Part shown: in pieces, positions 1 through 14,740 of the stretch | Layout: every line of letters starts with the position of its first letter | How positions within the stretch are numbered: position 1 is the stretch's first letter | Assembly (NCBI GenBank): GCA_965649765.1 | Contig: OZ287749.1 | Coordinates: 64,294,001 to 64,358,000, forward strand | DNA from: Bispira polyomma | Lineage: Eukaryota | Reading direction: 5' to 3' | Length of the DNA stretch: 64,000 nucleotides | Position numbers and translations under genes: made by a program | Notes under the pieces: generated by a model | Databases searched by the model: none | Seen by the model: only the letters and a program-made list of their open reading frames with translations | Told to the model about the DNA's origin: nothing

Positions 1-825
1 AAAGCCATGTTGTCACCAGTTGTTGTGGATTTGGCAAGAGTGTGATTCTGCTCTATGATTACATTACAACATATCTGATGAGAGAAGTGAACAAGAAAGT
101 GACTGACACCCCTTAGTTTGGCTTAAATTGTATTTTAAAGAAGAAAGAAATAATAAATACTCTTTTGTACTACTAGTGGGACCTGGGGACCCCTCTGTGT
201 CATTAGAGAAAAATACAAAATTCTAAATTAGAAGATATGATCTGAAAAAAACTAGTATAGCCTTCTGAAGTGGGCCTTTGGATGATGTCATTTCCACTGC
301 ATTATGGAATTGTAACCTTGAGTACTTGGCCAATATTTGCTATTTTATAAATAGTCCATATTTGCAGCATTAATAGAGCCATTTTCTTGCAGCAGAGTTC
401 ATTCCAAGACCCTGTGACATCAGATGTCAGGCTTAATTAAAAGAAAAAAAATGACTTTGTGTTTTGTTATACCATCCTTTTTCTCTCTCTGTAATGTAAG
501 CTAAGCCACAGATTAAAAAGACATTTTTGGCACACATGGTATATAAGGACTGACACTAAAGTGTCTTTAGCAGTCTAGTTACTATTTGTCCTTTATGACG
601 ATATTTTAGGAGACTACATATTTTTGACAAAAATGTCTGTCCTATGTTATGATTTGTTGCCTGTCAGCCAACAATAGACATATGCATATATGCATGTACT
701 AAGAAATCAAATTACCTTCAAAGCAATCATGTCATAAATCCTTGCAATAATTAACCCCAAAAACCGAATATGTAATTTCATTCCATAGTAGCGGTAAGGG
801 TTTTTCGAACTAAAGTTCTCCGATG

Positions 826-985
826 GTCTCCTATGGCCTAGTGGTTACGTAGTTTGTATACTGACTGGAAGGTCTCTGTTTGACACCCTACTAATGCTGT
901 TAGCTCACGGGTGGGATAACATCCTTGGGCAAGATGTGAACATGCCATTGCCTACTGATGAGGACCCAGGTTATGTTGTAGAACA
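826..985 (+). mobile_element. tRNA-derived SINE, degenerate (CORE-like body)
   Basis: A-box-like TGGCCTAGTGG head, then GGGATAACATCCTTGGGCAAGATGTGAACA body shared with copies at ~13.4, 37.0 and 57.1 kb. Confidence 0.65.
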
Positions 986-1391
986 CCAAATTGTTTGATT
1001 GATTCGGTTTATGCGCTATAGAAGATGCCTCACACCAACAAAGCATGTGCCTGCATATATGAAAATTGGTATCCAGCTGTGTATATCTTTAAGTATTAGT
1101 TACTGCATTTGATTATTTAAGGTTGTAATAAAGTTATAAGTCAATTTTATCATTGACTACTGCAGTTGGAATTATGAAAGAGTCTTTATTCAACTCGATT
1201 CACCCTTCACTTTGATCTGCCTCTTTAATGGACATAAACCTAGACATAAAACACCATTAGCTTTTGTGGAATTTTAATCCAGAAACTCGAATTTCAATAA
1301 AGGATTTAAATATATTTGTTGTACACACCAACAAATACAGCATGCCATATTTGAGGATTATGCTGAATGAGCTTACCCCATCTGAACTTAC

Positions 1392-1498
1392 CCCATGCAC
1401 GCCAATGTTGTTCACAGAACATGGCAGTAGGGCCACCTGGTTAGCTATCACAGTCACATTGGCTACTGGCACATCAAAGGTAGGCTTTATACCTTCAG
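1392..1498 (-). CDS. Internal coding exon, N-terminal part of an Ig domain of a lachesin/DIP/IgLON-like cell-adhesion protein
   Basis: Polypyrimidine acceptor TTCTCTCTCCAG (AG at 1500-1499) and donor GGG|GTAAGT (1391-1386). Phase-1 start typical of Ig modules. Translates (A)EGIKPTFDVPVANVTVIANQVALLPCSVNNIGVHG, matching the PxFxxPxxNVTVxxxxxAxLPCxVxNxG pattern of this family. Other exons were not identified in the window. Confidence 0.85.
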
Positions 1499-4400
1499 CT
1501 GGAGAGAGAAGAGAAGAGACATGTAAGTTAACAAACCTTTATACCTTTGTAATTGGGTGGTACACACATGGTAATGGGTTTCTGGAAAGCAATTTAAAAA
1601 AAAATGCAATTTCAATTATTTAAACTAAATTTTAATAATTAATCATTTATGTAAATAAATTAGTTAGAGAGACAGCAAAAAAAAAAAAACAACCAGAAAA
1701 CTTTGATATTGGTGATAGGTTCTTGTACACAGAGTAATCAGTTCTGGTCTGCAACAAAGACAAAAATCAGCCATCATGATGTTGGATTTTTGCAATTATT
1801 GGGTTATTATTAAAAGTTTATTTTAGTTATATGAATTCCAATAGATTTGTCTATAACTGACTTTAGTATAGTTTTGGTTCCAACCAACATTTCAGTTTTA
1901 TAAGATAAACAATTTAAGATAGATTGTCATATTATATTTAAATAAATTATGTTTGTACAAAAACCTTTTTACACGCATAAATTATTATTTAGATTGACAT
2001 TTTCACATAATATATTATCAAGACACTAAGACAATAAGATAATAATATATAAAAATATATGTAACATTCTAAACACGCACTAAAAATTAACACAACATTC
2101 AAATAGCTTACAATAACATATGCACCTACCTCTGCTTTAAGAGTACATTAGTAAATGGAGAGATGGAACAAGTCTTGCAAATGTTCATCTTATATATTGT
2201 CGTTAGAGGTCGCCTAGTGGTTCCAAGCATCTGCTTTAATACCACTAGCTTTTTACCCCTGAGGACAGAGAAACCAACTGTCACTGTTTGCTTCATGTGA
2301 GAATGTTTGCGATATTTACCGCAGGTCATGTGGTTTACAGTAAAAATAGTGTTCCATTCCCATTTGTATATCTTAGCGTTATAGGATTCGCCTTTGTGGT
2401 ACTATACCTTGAACCACAGTATTGAATTCTGTGTATACCATAGTTTGGGAGTGTGTTATTCCAATTCTAACATTGACAAAATAATTTTTAAAAATGAAAC
2501 TTACCTTAAATTTAAAAGACCCATTTTTTCACTTGGCATAAATGCAGGATGTTCCATCTTACTTATGCAATGGAAACTGATAGAACGGCCAATGAGTCTA
2601 TTCTGAATTTTACCAAGGTTTTCGGACAATCAAAATTGCAGACGCATCAGTGTCATGCAAATATGTAAAAAGTAATGTAAATCCAAATCAGTTTAAATTC
2701 AAGCCAAGAAGGTAGTCTCTTACCAGTAACATATCTACATTTAATCATTAATGTGGCTTAATCAATAACGCACTTGCACATCAATGCATACTGCTGTATT
2801 ATTACTGATTACTTATAGATATTATCGGTACAATGTTACTGCACCAAAATATGGCTGTAAATTATGGTTTGGCTCTTCGGCAACAATTACCAGTCGGCAC
2901 AACATAGCATAAAAAAATAGCTCAAAACTAGACATCGGCACTTTTTACAATGATTTCTAGTTGAAAATTTAAACGATATGTAATCTTAATATCATTGGCA
3001 ATAGCATAAGGTATTGGGTACATAATTTTCACAGTGTTTAGGCGATTAGATGATCCCTGGTTTGACTCCCGGTAACATCGGAATAAGTATCAGGAGATAA
3101 TATCCTTATGTAATATGGGAAAACGCGATTATCTACTGATGATAATCCAATTGTCTTCATATTAGGATCATCAGTAATGGTTTATCGATTCTTACGTTTT
3201 ACTTTTATAAAAAGCTTGGCATCAACAATAAGTTAGAAATCCACAATGCAATCAAACAATAATACAAGTTTACAAAAAAAAAATACAGCCCATCCTATTA
3301 GGGAAAGGAATAATCCCCGGTATTGGTTTCTCATATATTTAGAAAAAGCAATCAAAAAAAATAGAAAAAAAACAAAACACTAACAAATCATGGTAATATT
3401 TGGAATATTTGTAGTAACAAAAATTACCCATCCCTGAGATAACAAAAATCAGAGTGTATCAGAGGAAGCAAGATGCTACATTTAACCAAGTTACAGCTGA
3501 GAAATCCGGCAATACAGGAAATCAGAAGAAATCAGTGAATTAGATGTCAACAGTGTCACAGTGGGACTCAGTCTAAACCCTGCAGCTAAAACATAGGGCA
3601 CCAGCCCAGGGTTTAAGGTCAACGCCAACTTAACTTCTAAAGGCTAATATTTATCCTGGGGTGTTTTTAGACTAAATAGCATGCCCTTTCATGAAGTAAA
3701 AGCAAAATTTAATGACTAATGTTAATTTTTTAGAAAGGATGTATTTTTTTTGTTAAATGTTTTTTATGGGTATTAAATGTTTTGGCATCTTGAGGTCACC
3801 CTGCTTCCAGTAATTAATGTTACTTTTATATCTCTCTAATATATATATACTTAAAAGTTAACTACAAAAAATATCTAGCTAACTGTATAATTTGACATTT
3901 AAATAATATGTTACAGTGTCTTTACTTATAAGCTCAGATTCTGTTTCATATTTGAGTTATACTTCTTCAACTCAAACTTAGTTTCCACATATATTACATC
4001 CAACAAACCAACAAACTCAATATCTTTTCTACACAGAGATACTACCCCATGGTGTATTTATTATGCATTCTAATGTGTGTGTGTATTTAAACTTCTGAGG
4101 AACATAATTTGAGATGATCGAGATCCTTGCTACAGACATTGCCTATACTATTTTTCTATAACAACCCCCCCCCCTCCCCCCGCCTCCTCTTCCCCATCCC
4201 TCTAAGTGAGTCATTCAAGATTCTGCTTGCAGTCAGTCCGCATTTTCTCCTGTTTTAATCGACCTGACTTCCCATATGCTCCACACTCCAAACTTCGAGC
4301 TCAAAAGCTTAGACTTAACACACATGAAGGCCATGTGTAGAAGTGTCATTGTATATACTAAGATAACCTATACGTGGTGTAACCATTTATTTTAGAAGAG

Positions 4401-7400
4401 CTTTCAATGCTGAATTCAAATATGCAGTCAAATTGTACTTAACGTCACTCTAACCAAATATACACAGACCATAGATTTGAGTTTGAGGTTTAGAGATTTT
4501 TAAAGGAAGGATACGACCACTGGGACTTCCTCATTGGGATGATCTGTACAGCGTCAGAAAAAAGGGCTCCAACTTGGGTCAGGAGGGGGGGGGGGGTCAC
4601 TTTTAGGAACGCGTGGGGGTGCAGCTCAAAATATTCTAAATATGTTGCCAAAAGTCTTGTATATTCAAAATATAATGGCCAGGTCGCACTTTTGCGATCC
4701 GTGAAAGAGCTCAATGAGAACTAAGCGATATACAAACTGCACTCGTCACCACTGAATAGGCATGTTTTTTAGTCTTCGCCAAGCTTTCTTAACAAGACCC
4801 TAACACAATGACAACTCGTTCTTTGTGCGTTTAATGTGGTGACGGAGCGTTCGTGTTTTGATTTCACCGAACTAGCTCAATTTTAAATTATCTCATTTTA
4901 TATGACTTTCAAATTAATTATAATGATAAAACATGAAGTTTATAACGTATTTTTAGGTAATTTTTTATGGTTGGGGAAAGCAGTTTCCCAAAGCTGCACC
5001 ATTGAGCATTGAGGAAGGTAAGTTAACATGGGTAAGTATAAAAACACTGTATGTAAGAGTGTTTTTGCTTTTGTCTACGTGCATGGGGCATACTTTGTAC
5101 AAGCTCCACTCGAATTTGACAATAGTTCTTGTGATGCATTGTCAACACAACCCTTGCGTTTCTCGAAAGTCCACCCCTGCTGCTTGTCAAAATTTAAAGT
5201 TGAAAACTAAATTTTCACAATGACTTGAATGATGCGTGACATACACATAAACATAATTACCTCAAATAATGATTCTGCCCATTGCGATCTTGCCTGCTTT
5301 CTATGTGATTTTAACACATTCAAAACTTGATCCTTCTCGGCTTTACATAGCATTCTTACAGTGTTTGCACAGGCATCTCATTCGCAGATCGCAAAAGTTG
5401 AATGCTCACACAGACAAACTAGTTTAAACTAGCTTGAAGCGTGTTACTTGGTGAACTGGGGTTTGAGTATGTAATAAGTACACTGTATTATATTTTTGAC
5501 ATATGGCTTAAGTTCCCAGCTGTCATGTATCGGGACTATTATAAGACAAACTGCAATTTAAGTGAACTAAAATGTGACTAGTTTTCAAAAAAAAAATAGT
5601 CTACATATTTTCTACATTGCTGTTAGCCTTGAATAAGAACTTAATAATGCACAAATTGCAATTGAAAGTAAAAAGACCTGTCCCTAGTTTAGATTTTTTT
5701 CTTAAAAGGCACTTTAGTGATAAACATTATACTGGTAAATTGATAAACCTTTATCTGATATCTAAGCTCATTAGTGATCAGCTCAGATAGCTCAGATACA
5801 CGTTCGTATTTCCACTTTTAATCATAGGAGATTTTTTCTAGAATAAAATGGTCTTAAATTCGAGGATACAAGATTTTTTGTCTAAATGCTATAAATGTTT
5901 ACTGGTTGTGGACTTTTATTCTATTATGACCATAACCTTACGTTATTGTGTGTCTGCGTATGTGTGTTGGTGCGTGTATTTGTCTTTCTTTGTCAGATAC
6001 AAACATTTTCAATTTTTAAAACAATATTTTACCACAATGTCACAACTCTGAAAAATTGTTTATTTGACCTGTTCCAGACAATATTGTTTGAGATTTTTTT
6101 TTTTTAATCACATGACACATTGTTGCATTATTTCCACTGTTTATATTTCTATTGCAGAAGCTTATCTGAACCCTACATCATTTGAAACTAGGGAGGCCAT
6201 TTAGTCAGGCACACAGCAGTGCCAAAAAATGCACAAACCAAACTCCTGGACCCAACCCCCATTCATCCACTAAATTTTATGTATATCAGTTCAGTAATTT
6301 TTTTCTAATCAAGGTGACAAACAAACACACGAACGGACACTGGCAAAAAACAAAACCCTTCTTGTTGAAGGAAGATATAAATAGCTTTTCATGAAAAAAA
6401 CGAACCCAAAAAGTACTCTTTCATTATTCAAGTGAATAATTAAAAGCATGTTTGGGTAGGGAGGAAGTTATCCATTAAAATGTTTCAAAAATTTCCTACT
6501 TGGATCAATTAAATATTTCTCTAGTGAGTGACAGCTTTTTGTATACACATTAAAAAAATCTCCAATTATTCACACAATATGACAAAGGATCACCAAGGCA
6601 CTGCTCTTGTCACTTTCAGTGTATGAAGGGTTTTTTCAGTATTTCAATTTGTAAAAAAAATATCACCAGCTTTTGATTAGCTAATATAAAACACTTGCCA
6701 AACCCAGAGATGGCTCTTTGCTGTCTTTTGTTAAAGACTTAATAAAAGCAGATTAAACTTTTCTCCCTGCCATGAAAAGGAGGTTGCCTTTTAAAAAAAT
6801 TCAATGGTTAGCAGGCACACAAAAACACACACACAGAGATAGCCTTGTCCACAGTCTCTTTATGTTAAAAATATTAAAATTTTTATTTCAATTATATTCC
6901 ATCCTAGATCAATAAATATTAGATAAAAGCCATTCAGTCTAGGAATATTTACAGTGCTCATAGATTTAAGAAGAGTTTTCAGTGTATTGTTTTCTATATA
7001 TGCACAAGTGAAAGTTTACAAAAAGAGTGCAACAAAAAAAATCAACTTGAGGGGGGTTCTAAGGGGTTCTACTCATGAATAGGGGTCCTTATTTATGGTT
7101 TGGCAAATGTGGCCCTAATCAAGCCTAAATTGTAGCCCTGGCTCAGAAACACCACCTATTCACAATGGCATCACCGCTCATGAATCAAGTGAAATGGGAG
7201 AGTTTTAAGCGATTGATCTCTTTGTACCTTTTACTTAAAGCCCATTCACTACCACCGCCCCATGCCCCCCCCCTCTCTCTCTTCATTTCTTAGCTAATTC
7301 TGGGTCATGATTTTATCCCATATTTCTTATGTCGCCAGCTTCTCACTAAGGCTATAAATCCTCTACTAGAACGACCCCTTAGAATGATATCACTCGTAGT

Positions 7401-7904
7401 AGAGCTAGAGAGAGAAAGAGATTAAAACTGTGTGACTTAGCCGTATCACCCCCCCCCCCCCCACCCCCCCCACCCCTCCGAACTCCTTGGACCCTTGTGC
7501 GTAACAAATTAGATCCATCTCCATGTCAAAGTAATGGACACCAGTAATTCTGCCTGTCAAAAAATTCAAATAAAATTCCTTCAGCCTCATCAAACCGATA
7601 AATTGCTAGGCAATCGCTGGCCTTGTATATAAGTACACGTGTACTCCTCCTGATTATACACAAAGCAAGCCCTCCAGTGTCATCTACATACATAGTTGAT
7701 TTATTATGTCTGAAACTAAATCTGTTCATTGAGGTAATGAAAAAAAAAGACAATCTAATGTTTTGGTGTTGTTTTTATTCAGATTTATACTCGTCACTTT
7801 TATCTATCTTTATCTGGTATTCAAGGTCCAATTCATTAAGTACAGTCAACTAGCACCAGTAACTGTAATTTCACTAATTAAAGACATAAGCTTAAGGGTT
7901 TATC

Positions 7905-8082
7905 AACAGTCCAAGGGTCTTTCGCATGCTACTGTGGATATGGCACAATGGCAGATGGTCACCAGTTTAAGTGGTCATCCATACCAAAATGAATCTGCCT
8001 GTTCCTGGTTACCCCAGGCTGGGATTGAACCCAGGTCCTCTGAATTCTTAAGAAAGTATGTTACCCAGTAGGCTACAGTGGC
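7905..8082 (-). mobile_element. tRNA-derived SINE, degenerate
   Basis: Reverse strand has B-box-like GGTTCAATCCC and tail GGATGACCACTTAAACTGG shared with the 57.1 kb copy; related to the 61.9 kb copy. Confidence 0.55.
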
Positions 8083-9104
8083 AGATAAAATCTGTGATAC
8101 AATCTGCTACTGTGGTCAAATCCAGTAATAGAAAAAAGGTAGTGCAAAAAATGTAGTGCGGACCATTTTCAGGGTTTCAGCGCGGCCGCACATATAGCAA
8201 CATATCGCGTATAGTGACAAATAACTTGCACTGATTTGTACAGTATCACTGTAACCGTTCTAAACAGCAGAAGTCTTGCCAACCGCTTGCCTAATAGAAT
8301 TCATGTCTGGGGCTGAGCCATAAATGGTAGTAGCACAAGTATATGCTGGAAGATACTCAACATTGCCTGAATCTGCCTGGTACAGGTAATTTTACTACAA
8401 CAATATAATTTTCAATTACAGAGGTCTTGGGTTCTATCCAAGGCTAAAGTGTGTAAATCTAATCTAATCTAATATAATCTATCTATCTCGTGTAATTATT
8501 TCCACAATGGCGCTTTATCTTGTAGATGGTTGGGATGACCACTGAAGTCAGTTTTATTGGGTTTCATCCATCATGGCAGATCAAAACTATTCAAAAGATT
8601 GTTATCTGGCAGGCTCTGTTCAAAGTGGTCCGTTTGTTGAATTCTATCTCTAATGGTGGATCAAAAACGATCAGCCGGTGGGCTCTGTCCTATAGGTATA
8701 CTAAGTCAAGAAAAGGTTAATTAGTGCGTTGAGTCCAAGAAAATAAGATATACACTACTGAATATGAATAGTAATAAATAAAAAATACCAACACTGATCA
8801 AAGGCATAGCCGGTATCCTACATCTGTTAGCAGTATTACCCAATGGAAATGATGAATACCTAATAAAATACAGTACTGATGCTCAACTTATTACTTTTGT
8901 TGGTCAATAATTCACTTGTACACATGAATGTACACATGAATTGCTGATGACATTTCAGTACATTAGATAACTTTACAATTGCTTGACCAATTTACGGTTG
9001 TACATCGGAACATAAGATGTCAATAAAAACATTTAAAAAGGGATTCCGTGGCACTGATACCTGTCAAAATAAGACCAATTATTTGAAGGATCACATAAGT
9101 AATG

Positions 9105-9312
9105 TTTGAATTTGAATTTAGTTGGGGTTTACATTGCTTTCAACATGTTTGGCCATATTGCGATGGCCAGGTTTAGTGGCTAGGGAAACTAGTGCTGAAG
9201 GACTGTAAAGCATCGACCTATGGCAAGTACCTGACAAACTTTCTCACATGAAGAAAGTGAGAGGCGAATGATTTTATAGCAGCTGCTTATAACCATTGGG
9301 CCAACGCGGGCC
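9105..9312 (-). mobile_element. tRNA-derived SINE (same general type as 14741-14993), degenerate
   Basis: Reverse strand: GGCCCGCGTTGGCCCAATGGTTA head, GTGAGAAAGTTTGTCAG body, GTTGAAAGCAATGTAAAC tail ending in (AAATTC)n. Confidence 0.6.
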
Positions 9313-10910
9313 ATAGAAGTAGTGTTCTGTCCAGATAATCATAACGCTTCAATAGTACATTTATTATACTTTTTAAACATATTTTTTGCTTAATTTAACT
9401 ACAAAGACAAGTAAATATTACTATATAGGTTACGTTTTGTTGAAAAATTCTTGTTGCGTAGAGACAGCATCAATTGCAGTCAGTATACTGTATTTTATCA
9501 ACTAGTATTTAGAATTAAAACAATAACCATTGCTGCTTTGACATAATAAGGACTTCCTGTGTGTGACATTTGCTTTTATATGACAATGTTTCTATACTAA
9601 AAATGTAACCTTAAGAAAAACTGATGAACAGCATGCAAACTGTGGAGTGATCCAATACACCATACACCATGTATGGAAAATATGGTGCAATATCAGCTGT
9701 CGCCAGCAGGATGCTTTATATAAAAAAAACCACTGTGGTTTTCTCAATAAATATGGGACCCAAAGGGGAATTACATCAATGGCATCCAGAGGGCTGTAAT
9801 ACAAGCTTTTTACAACCCATGCACAGCTTGCAATTTGTCATCATTTACTCAGTTTAATGACTAAATTATAACAGCTTCTACCCCACACTTGAGACTCAAT
9901 TCTATTATGCCTATCCAGTGTTTTGGGGGTTTTTAAAACATTTTATCCTGTTTTTTGTTTTTAGTCTTTGGTGGTCTTTGAAATTTCCAAGCCCCGCTCT
10001 TAGTTTATGTTGTCACATTATGTCATGTGTACTTGCTTTCTCGCCGGTGTTTGATATTGGATAAGTTGAGGGATCTAAAACCACTTACTGGGCTTTAACA
10101 TTTGATAACCTCTGTCAGTGATGGTGTATGGTGCCAAGAAGAGAGTCAGGTCAAGCCAAAAAAAAAGTCCATAAAAAAAGAAAACAAGATAATATACATT
10201 TCTGGTCATATATGTCTAGAGTCAGAATATAACTGACTCTTCCAACTGCTGCTTATTAAAAAAGCAAATAAGGACAGCTGATGTTTTAGCAAAAAGAATA
10301 ATTGTATTTATACCTGTACACAACTGAAGTTAGTGTTCAATAACAATAAAAATTTTACAAGAATTATTAAAAAATGAGAATTTGCTAAGGCTAAACAATG
10401 TTGATAAACAGGTGAGATGTATATATTTAATAGGAAGGCTATTAAGCTAAGTTAATATGATTAAAAAAAACGCAGGGTATCAATGACTTGACCACTGCCT
10501 TTTACGACATGTTTTTGGGGGTTTGACATAAAACTGTTATTACTAGACAGCTTTAAGCTTGGTTTTCAAAACAAAACTTTATTATGCAGAATAACTAATA
10601 ATGAAGTAGTATACTATACCTGTATTATTATAGTATACTATATATGTAACATAATCAGTACACTATTGGTGTAATCTATTATATTATATTATAATCTCTG
10701 TATAATCTTGTTGTACTAATTCTTAGTCATGTACTATGATGTTTACCGTTTAATGAATCTTAACGGCCCGGGTGTTTATAATATGTAATGATTGTATCAT
10801 AAATTATCTTGATGCTTACCGTAGAGTGCCTTTTAATGGCCGGGTGTTTATAACGTGTAATGCTTGCGTCATAAATATTGATATGTAGGTTAGAATCAAT
10901 TATTATCATT

Positions 10911-10914
<4 letters not shown>

Positions 10915-10964
<50 letters not shown>
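10915..10964. repeat. (TA)25 microsatellite
   Basis: Direct inspection. Confidence 0.95.
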
Positions 10965-10968
<4 letters not shown>

Positions 10969-12554
10969 GTACTATAATGAAATATAACTAACGATATTCA
11001 TGATAATAATAAATTTAGATTATTCGCAATTCTGTCTCCTTTCGCTGCTTTCATGACCTTGATCTTTCAGACTGACATAAACCAGTACCAGGGATTGACA
11101 TCACTATATGATGGTAAACATTGTCACTGATCACATGTATATTTATGACAGTTATTTTCAAATTGTGGGTACCAGTGTTTGAATAATTTACACATTTCAA
11201 TACATATGCTACTGATATATGATCGAATATTGTCACTGATCACCTATATATATAAGACAGTTACTTTCCTATTACGGTTAACAGTGTTTGAATAATTAAC
11301 ACGCATTTGCTGCAGTACAAAAGTTTTGCACCGCATATTTCCTATCTCAGTGTCATTTAACTGATTGAAATACAGCTCAAATCTGCAATAAAGTGCATTT
11401 AGTAAGATGTGCAATAAGAAACTAAACATACTAAAAACTATACTTGATTATATTTATATAACACAGACCACAGGCCTCACTTCAATCACTTCCCTCTCCT
11501 CCTTAACTTGCTTTTGCTTTCAGTGTTTGAACCTCTGACTGAGAGTAAGTATTGACAAGTTAGAAGCATCACGTAAGCCACCGGATAAGAATAGTGCAAT
11601 TAGTGTTTCCTCAGCCACTTCTACCATGTCGAACACTTCACCGCAAACTGGGTGGCTAATAGTGTATCTGTGTGTGTGTGTCTGTGTGTGACAGATGTTA
11701 ATGTCATGTCAGAGACACAGTGTCCCTTTTAAACCAAGGTGACTAAATTAAGACAGTGTGTATACCCACCATAATAAGGCAGAAGTGACCCCATCATTCG
11801 TCATCATTAGTCTTTATTGTTGGCATTCTGATATATTCTTATGTGCTTTCTGATTATATATACATATCTCTGACTATAATGCCATGCTAGTATTGGTTCA
11901 AGAGTGTACTTTTAGAACTTCTGAATATTTCAGAATTTTTTGGCGCCAGGATTAACAAATAACTGATGGATTATTTTCATCATAATAACTTGAATTCTTT
12001 TCCTCTATGATTTCATCTTTATTCTAACATGACAACATGTGCAGAAATGCTGTTTTAGTCTTTGCATAGAAACATAATATCTGAAACAATAATGCACACC
12101 GGCTGCTGTGTCAATTTAAACTATGTACAATGTTAAGCACCAATGTAACACTACATCCATGTGCAATCATTACTGTAACATCAAAGAATTATTTTATAAT
12201 ATTGCACTCTTAATCATGGCTTATTTCTAAAGCAACAATCTGTACTATATACTTTAATGCAGTATGAAATAGCATTCAAATACATAGAAATGCTAGGTGA
12301 TGGTTTCTTTTTCTCAACAGCAATTGAAATAGTTACAGTTTTCGAGATTCAGGATTCAGTCTTATTATGTATACTATACATTAAACAAAACTAATACATA
12401 CCCAGTAACACCCCCAGGAGAAAAGTAAGGCTTGGGTCTGAAATGAATTTTTACTTTTTGAGGAAATTGTCTGCCATTGTGGATGGTAGGCCTTATAGAA
12501 GTAGGGAGATGTCAGTCACACGCCTCCGGCACACACCTAGAATAATAACCCCCT

Positions 12555-13120
12555 CCCTACATCCCAGACCTTCTCTGACTGGAATATTTAAGAGCTCCAA
12601 CATCCCAACAAGTGTGTCTGCAAATACCAACAAGGTTTACTTATATGTATTCAGCAGATCTTGGGGGGGGGGAGCTAAAATTCAAAAATGTATTTCACTT
12701 GAATGGTAAGTATTTTACAGTTGCAAGATGAAGCCATTTTCAGTCTATAAAACTGTATCAAGCTGTATTTGATGTTAGGGATCTATGTATATGTTAATAT
12801 TAACACAAGTTTTTTGTATTAAGGCCACTAAAAGGTATCCTAATGTACATGCAAGTCCATTCTATTTGTACATCTATATTTACGTTCTATGTTTAAACAA
12901 TAACCGCCTCTGATTAAACATCATCCCTACATCCCAGATTTTCTCTGACTGGAATATTTAAAAACTCCAACATCGTAACAAGTGTGTCTGCAAATACCAA
13001 CGAGGTTTACTCATATGTATTCAGCAGATCTTGTAATTTTATTATGTAGATCCAGAGATTTGCCGGATTCACAGTGCAATGCCATTCTTTTTGTACATCT
13101 ACATTCATGTTCTATGTTTA
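12555..13120. repeat. Local duplication, ~110-bp near-identical direct repeat (12555-12663 / 12925-13033) plus a shorter shared block
   Basis: CCCTACATCCCAGA...GTATTCAGCAGATCTTG occurs twice; CCATTCT.TTTGTACATCTA..TT..GTTCTATGTTTA occurs twice. Confidence 0.85.
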
Positions 13121-13371
13121 TATTAAATATCAGCGTCAAACCGAAAAGCAACTGGATAATATGCAGGTTTAGGTCATGCCCATCTATTTGGCCAGGTCAT
13201 GACCATATGACGACGTTATATACTCCAAAAAGTATTAATACAATAAAATGTCATCCAATGGACTTTCAATACACAATTAAAAAGGTTACAGCCCTTTTTA
13301 AAGATGTCATCTTACACCAGTTTCATATGCTGTTTACTATGAGTTATAGGTAAAGTATTCGAAAGTATTCC

Positions 13372-13530
13372 GCCATTTTAAGTGGTCATCCGAGCCCCTG
13401 GGCAAACTTGTGTTCACATCTTGCCTAAGAATGTTATCCCACCAAATGAAACTAGCGGCTGGTCTCGGAAATAGAAACGGGGACCTTCTGATCATCAGAC
13501 CAACCTCCTAACCACTAGACCACGGGGGAT
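13372..13530 (-). mobile_element. tRNA-derived SINE (family of 57080-57392)
   Basis: Reverse complement aligns by eye to the 57.1 kb copy: TAGTGGTTAGG..TGATGATCAGAAGGTCCC..TTTCATTTGGTGGGATAACAT..GGCTCGGATGACCACTT. Confidence 0.75.
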
Positions 13531-13832
13531 CACTTATGTAGCTATTAAATAAAACCTAATAAAGCTATTAAATCACATTTAGATATTGTGTATAGTATGA
13601 TAATGTCCACACACAAAAAAGTATTTGCCAGGATGGTTTAACTTAAGTGTTTCCAATAATTAACCACCCAATCTTTGTTCATCCTCTGTATCATTTTACT
13701 TCAATGTATTGAAGAAATTTTTGAGCCTTGTTGGGGGTGGGGGTGTGGAAGTGTGATAGAATAGCTGCTCTAAATAAAACCACAATGGGCTTACATGGAC
13801 TTAGTAGATTTGACTAAGTCTTTACAAATACC

Positions 13833-14183
13833 ATCTCACCTAATATAGCTATATATCACCTTATATAGCTATATATCACCTTATATAGCCCCATATGACC
13901 TTATATAGCTATGTATCACTTTATAAGGCTATATATCACCCTATAGCTATATATCACCTTATACAGCTCTATGTCACCCTATATAGCTATTTATCACCTT
14001 TTTAGCTCTATATCATACTATATAGCTACATATCACCTTATACAGCTATATATCACCTTATATAGCTCCATATCACCTTATACTGCTATATACCACCTTA
14101 TGTAGCTATAGATCACCTTATACGGTTATATATCACCTTACATAGCTATATATCACCTTATACAGCTATATAACACCTTATAG
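13833..14183. repeat. 20-bp minisatellite, consensus CACCTTATATAGCTATATAT, ~17 copies
   Basis: Direct inspection of tandem units. Confidence 0.95.
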
Positions 14184-14740
14184 TCTTCTTTTTTCATTAT
14201 TTAACTGTTACAGGCAGTACAAGGATTTGTGACAGACACTCTATATTCAAAACTATACACGTCAAATCATAGTCATCAAGCATTTTTAATGGACAAGTTA
14301 CACATCACTTTGTAATAATAGAATGAACGGATCTTTGTTTAAGAAATACCTCAAGTCATAAAAATTACATTTCCATGGTGTAATATGGCTACCCAAACTA
14401 CCTCATTTTTGTAGTGTAGCTCTTTAAGTCCCCTAATTTCTGTTCATATAATACAGCTCTACAAATGCCTTAGCCTTTGTTCAGGAAGTGTATCTATACA
14501 AGGTAGCAAACCTTACAATGTTCCCTAACCCTTTGACCAACACACAGACGAGCAGCCCAAACAACCTTATGTCGTGGTCATTATGGTCTACTGTATGATT
14601 GGCTGTGTTTACTTTTTAATTATCTCAGATGACAGTGATTGAGATTGTATAGTTTCATTTATGTTCCAAGGTATGCCGTGTACTACTCAGATAGTGTATA
14701 AATGTGGAATCCTACACAGTACTGGTGTCCTCCTTGGAAG

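Noticed and set aside
1-74. Strong minus-strand acceptor followed by ICCNVIIEQNHTLAKSTTTGDNMA
   Set aside because: Phase fits after the Ig exon, but it lacks the expected Ig C-strand Trp (VxW); truncated by the window edge and cannot be supported
950-1000. CTGATGA hammerhead-like core (also CTGAAGA at ~37375)
   Set aside because: No correctly placed GAAA and flanking stems; not a complete hammerhead
4370-4970. CpG-rich patch resembling a non-autonomous DNA transposon
   Set aside because: Could not find convincing TIRs or a TSD, so no call is made
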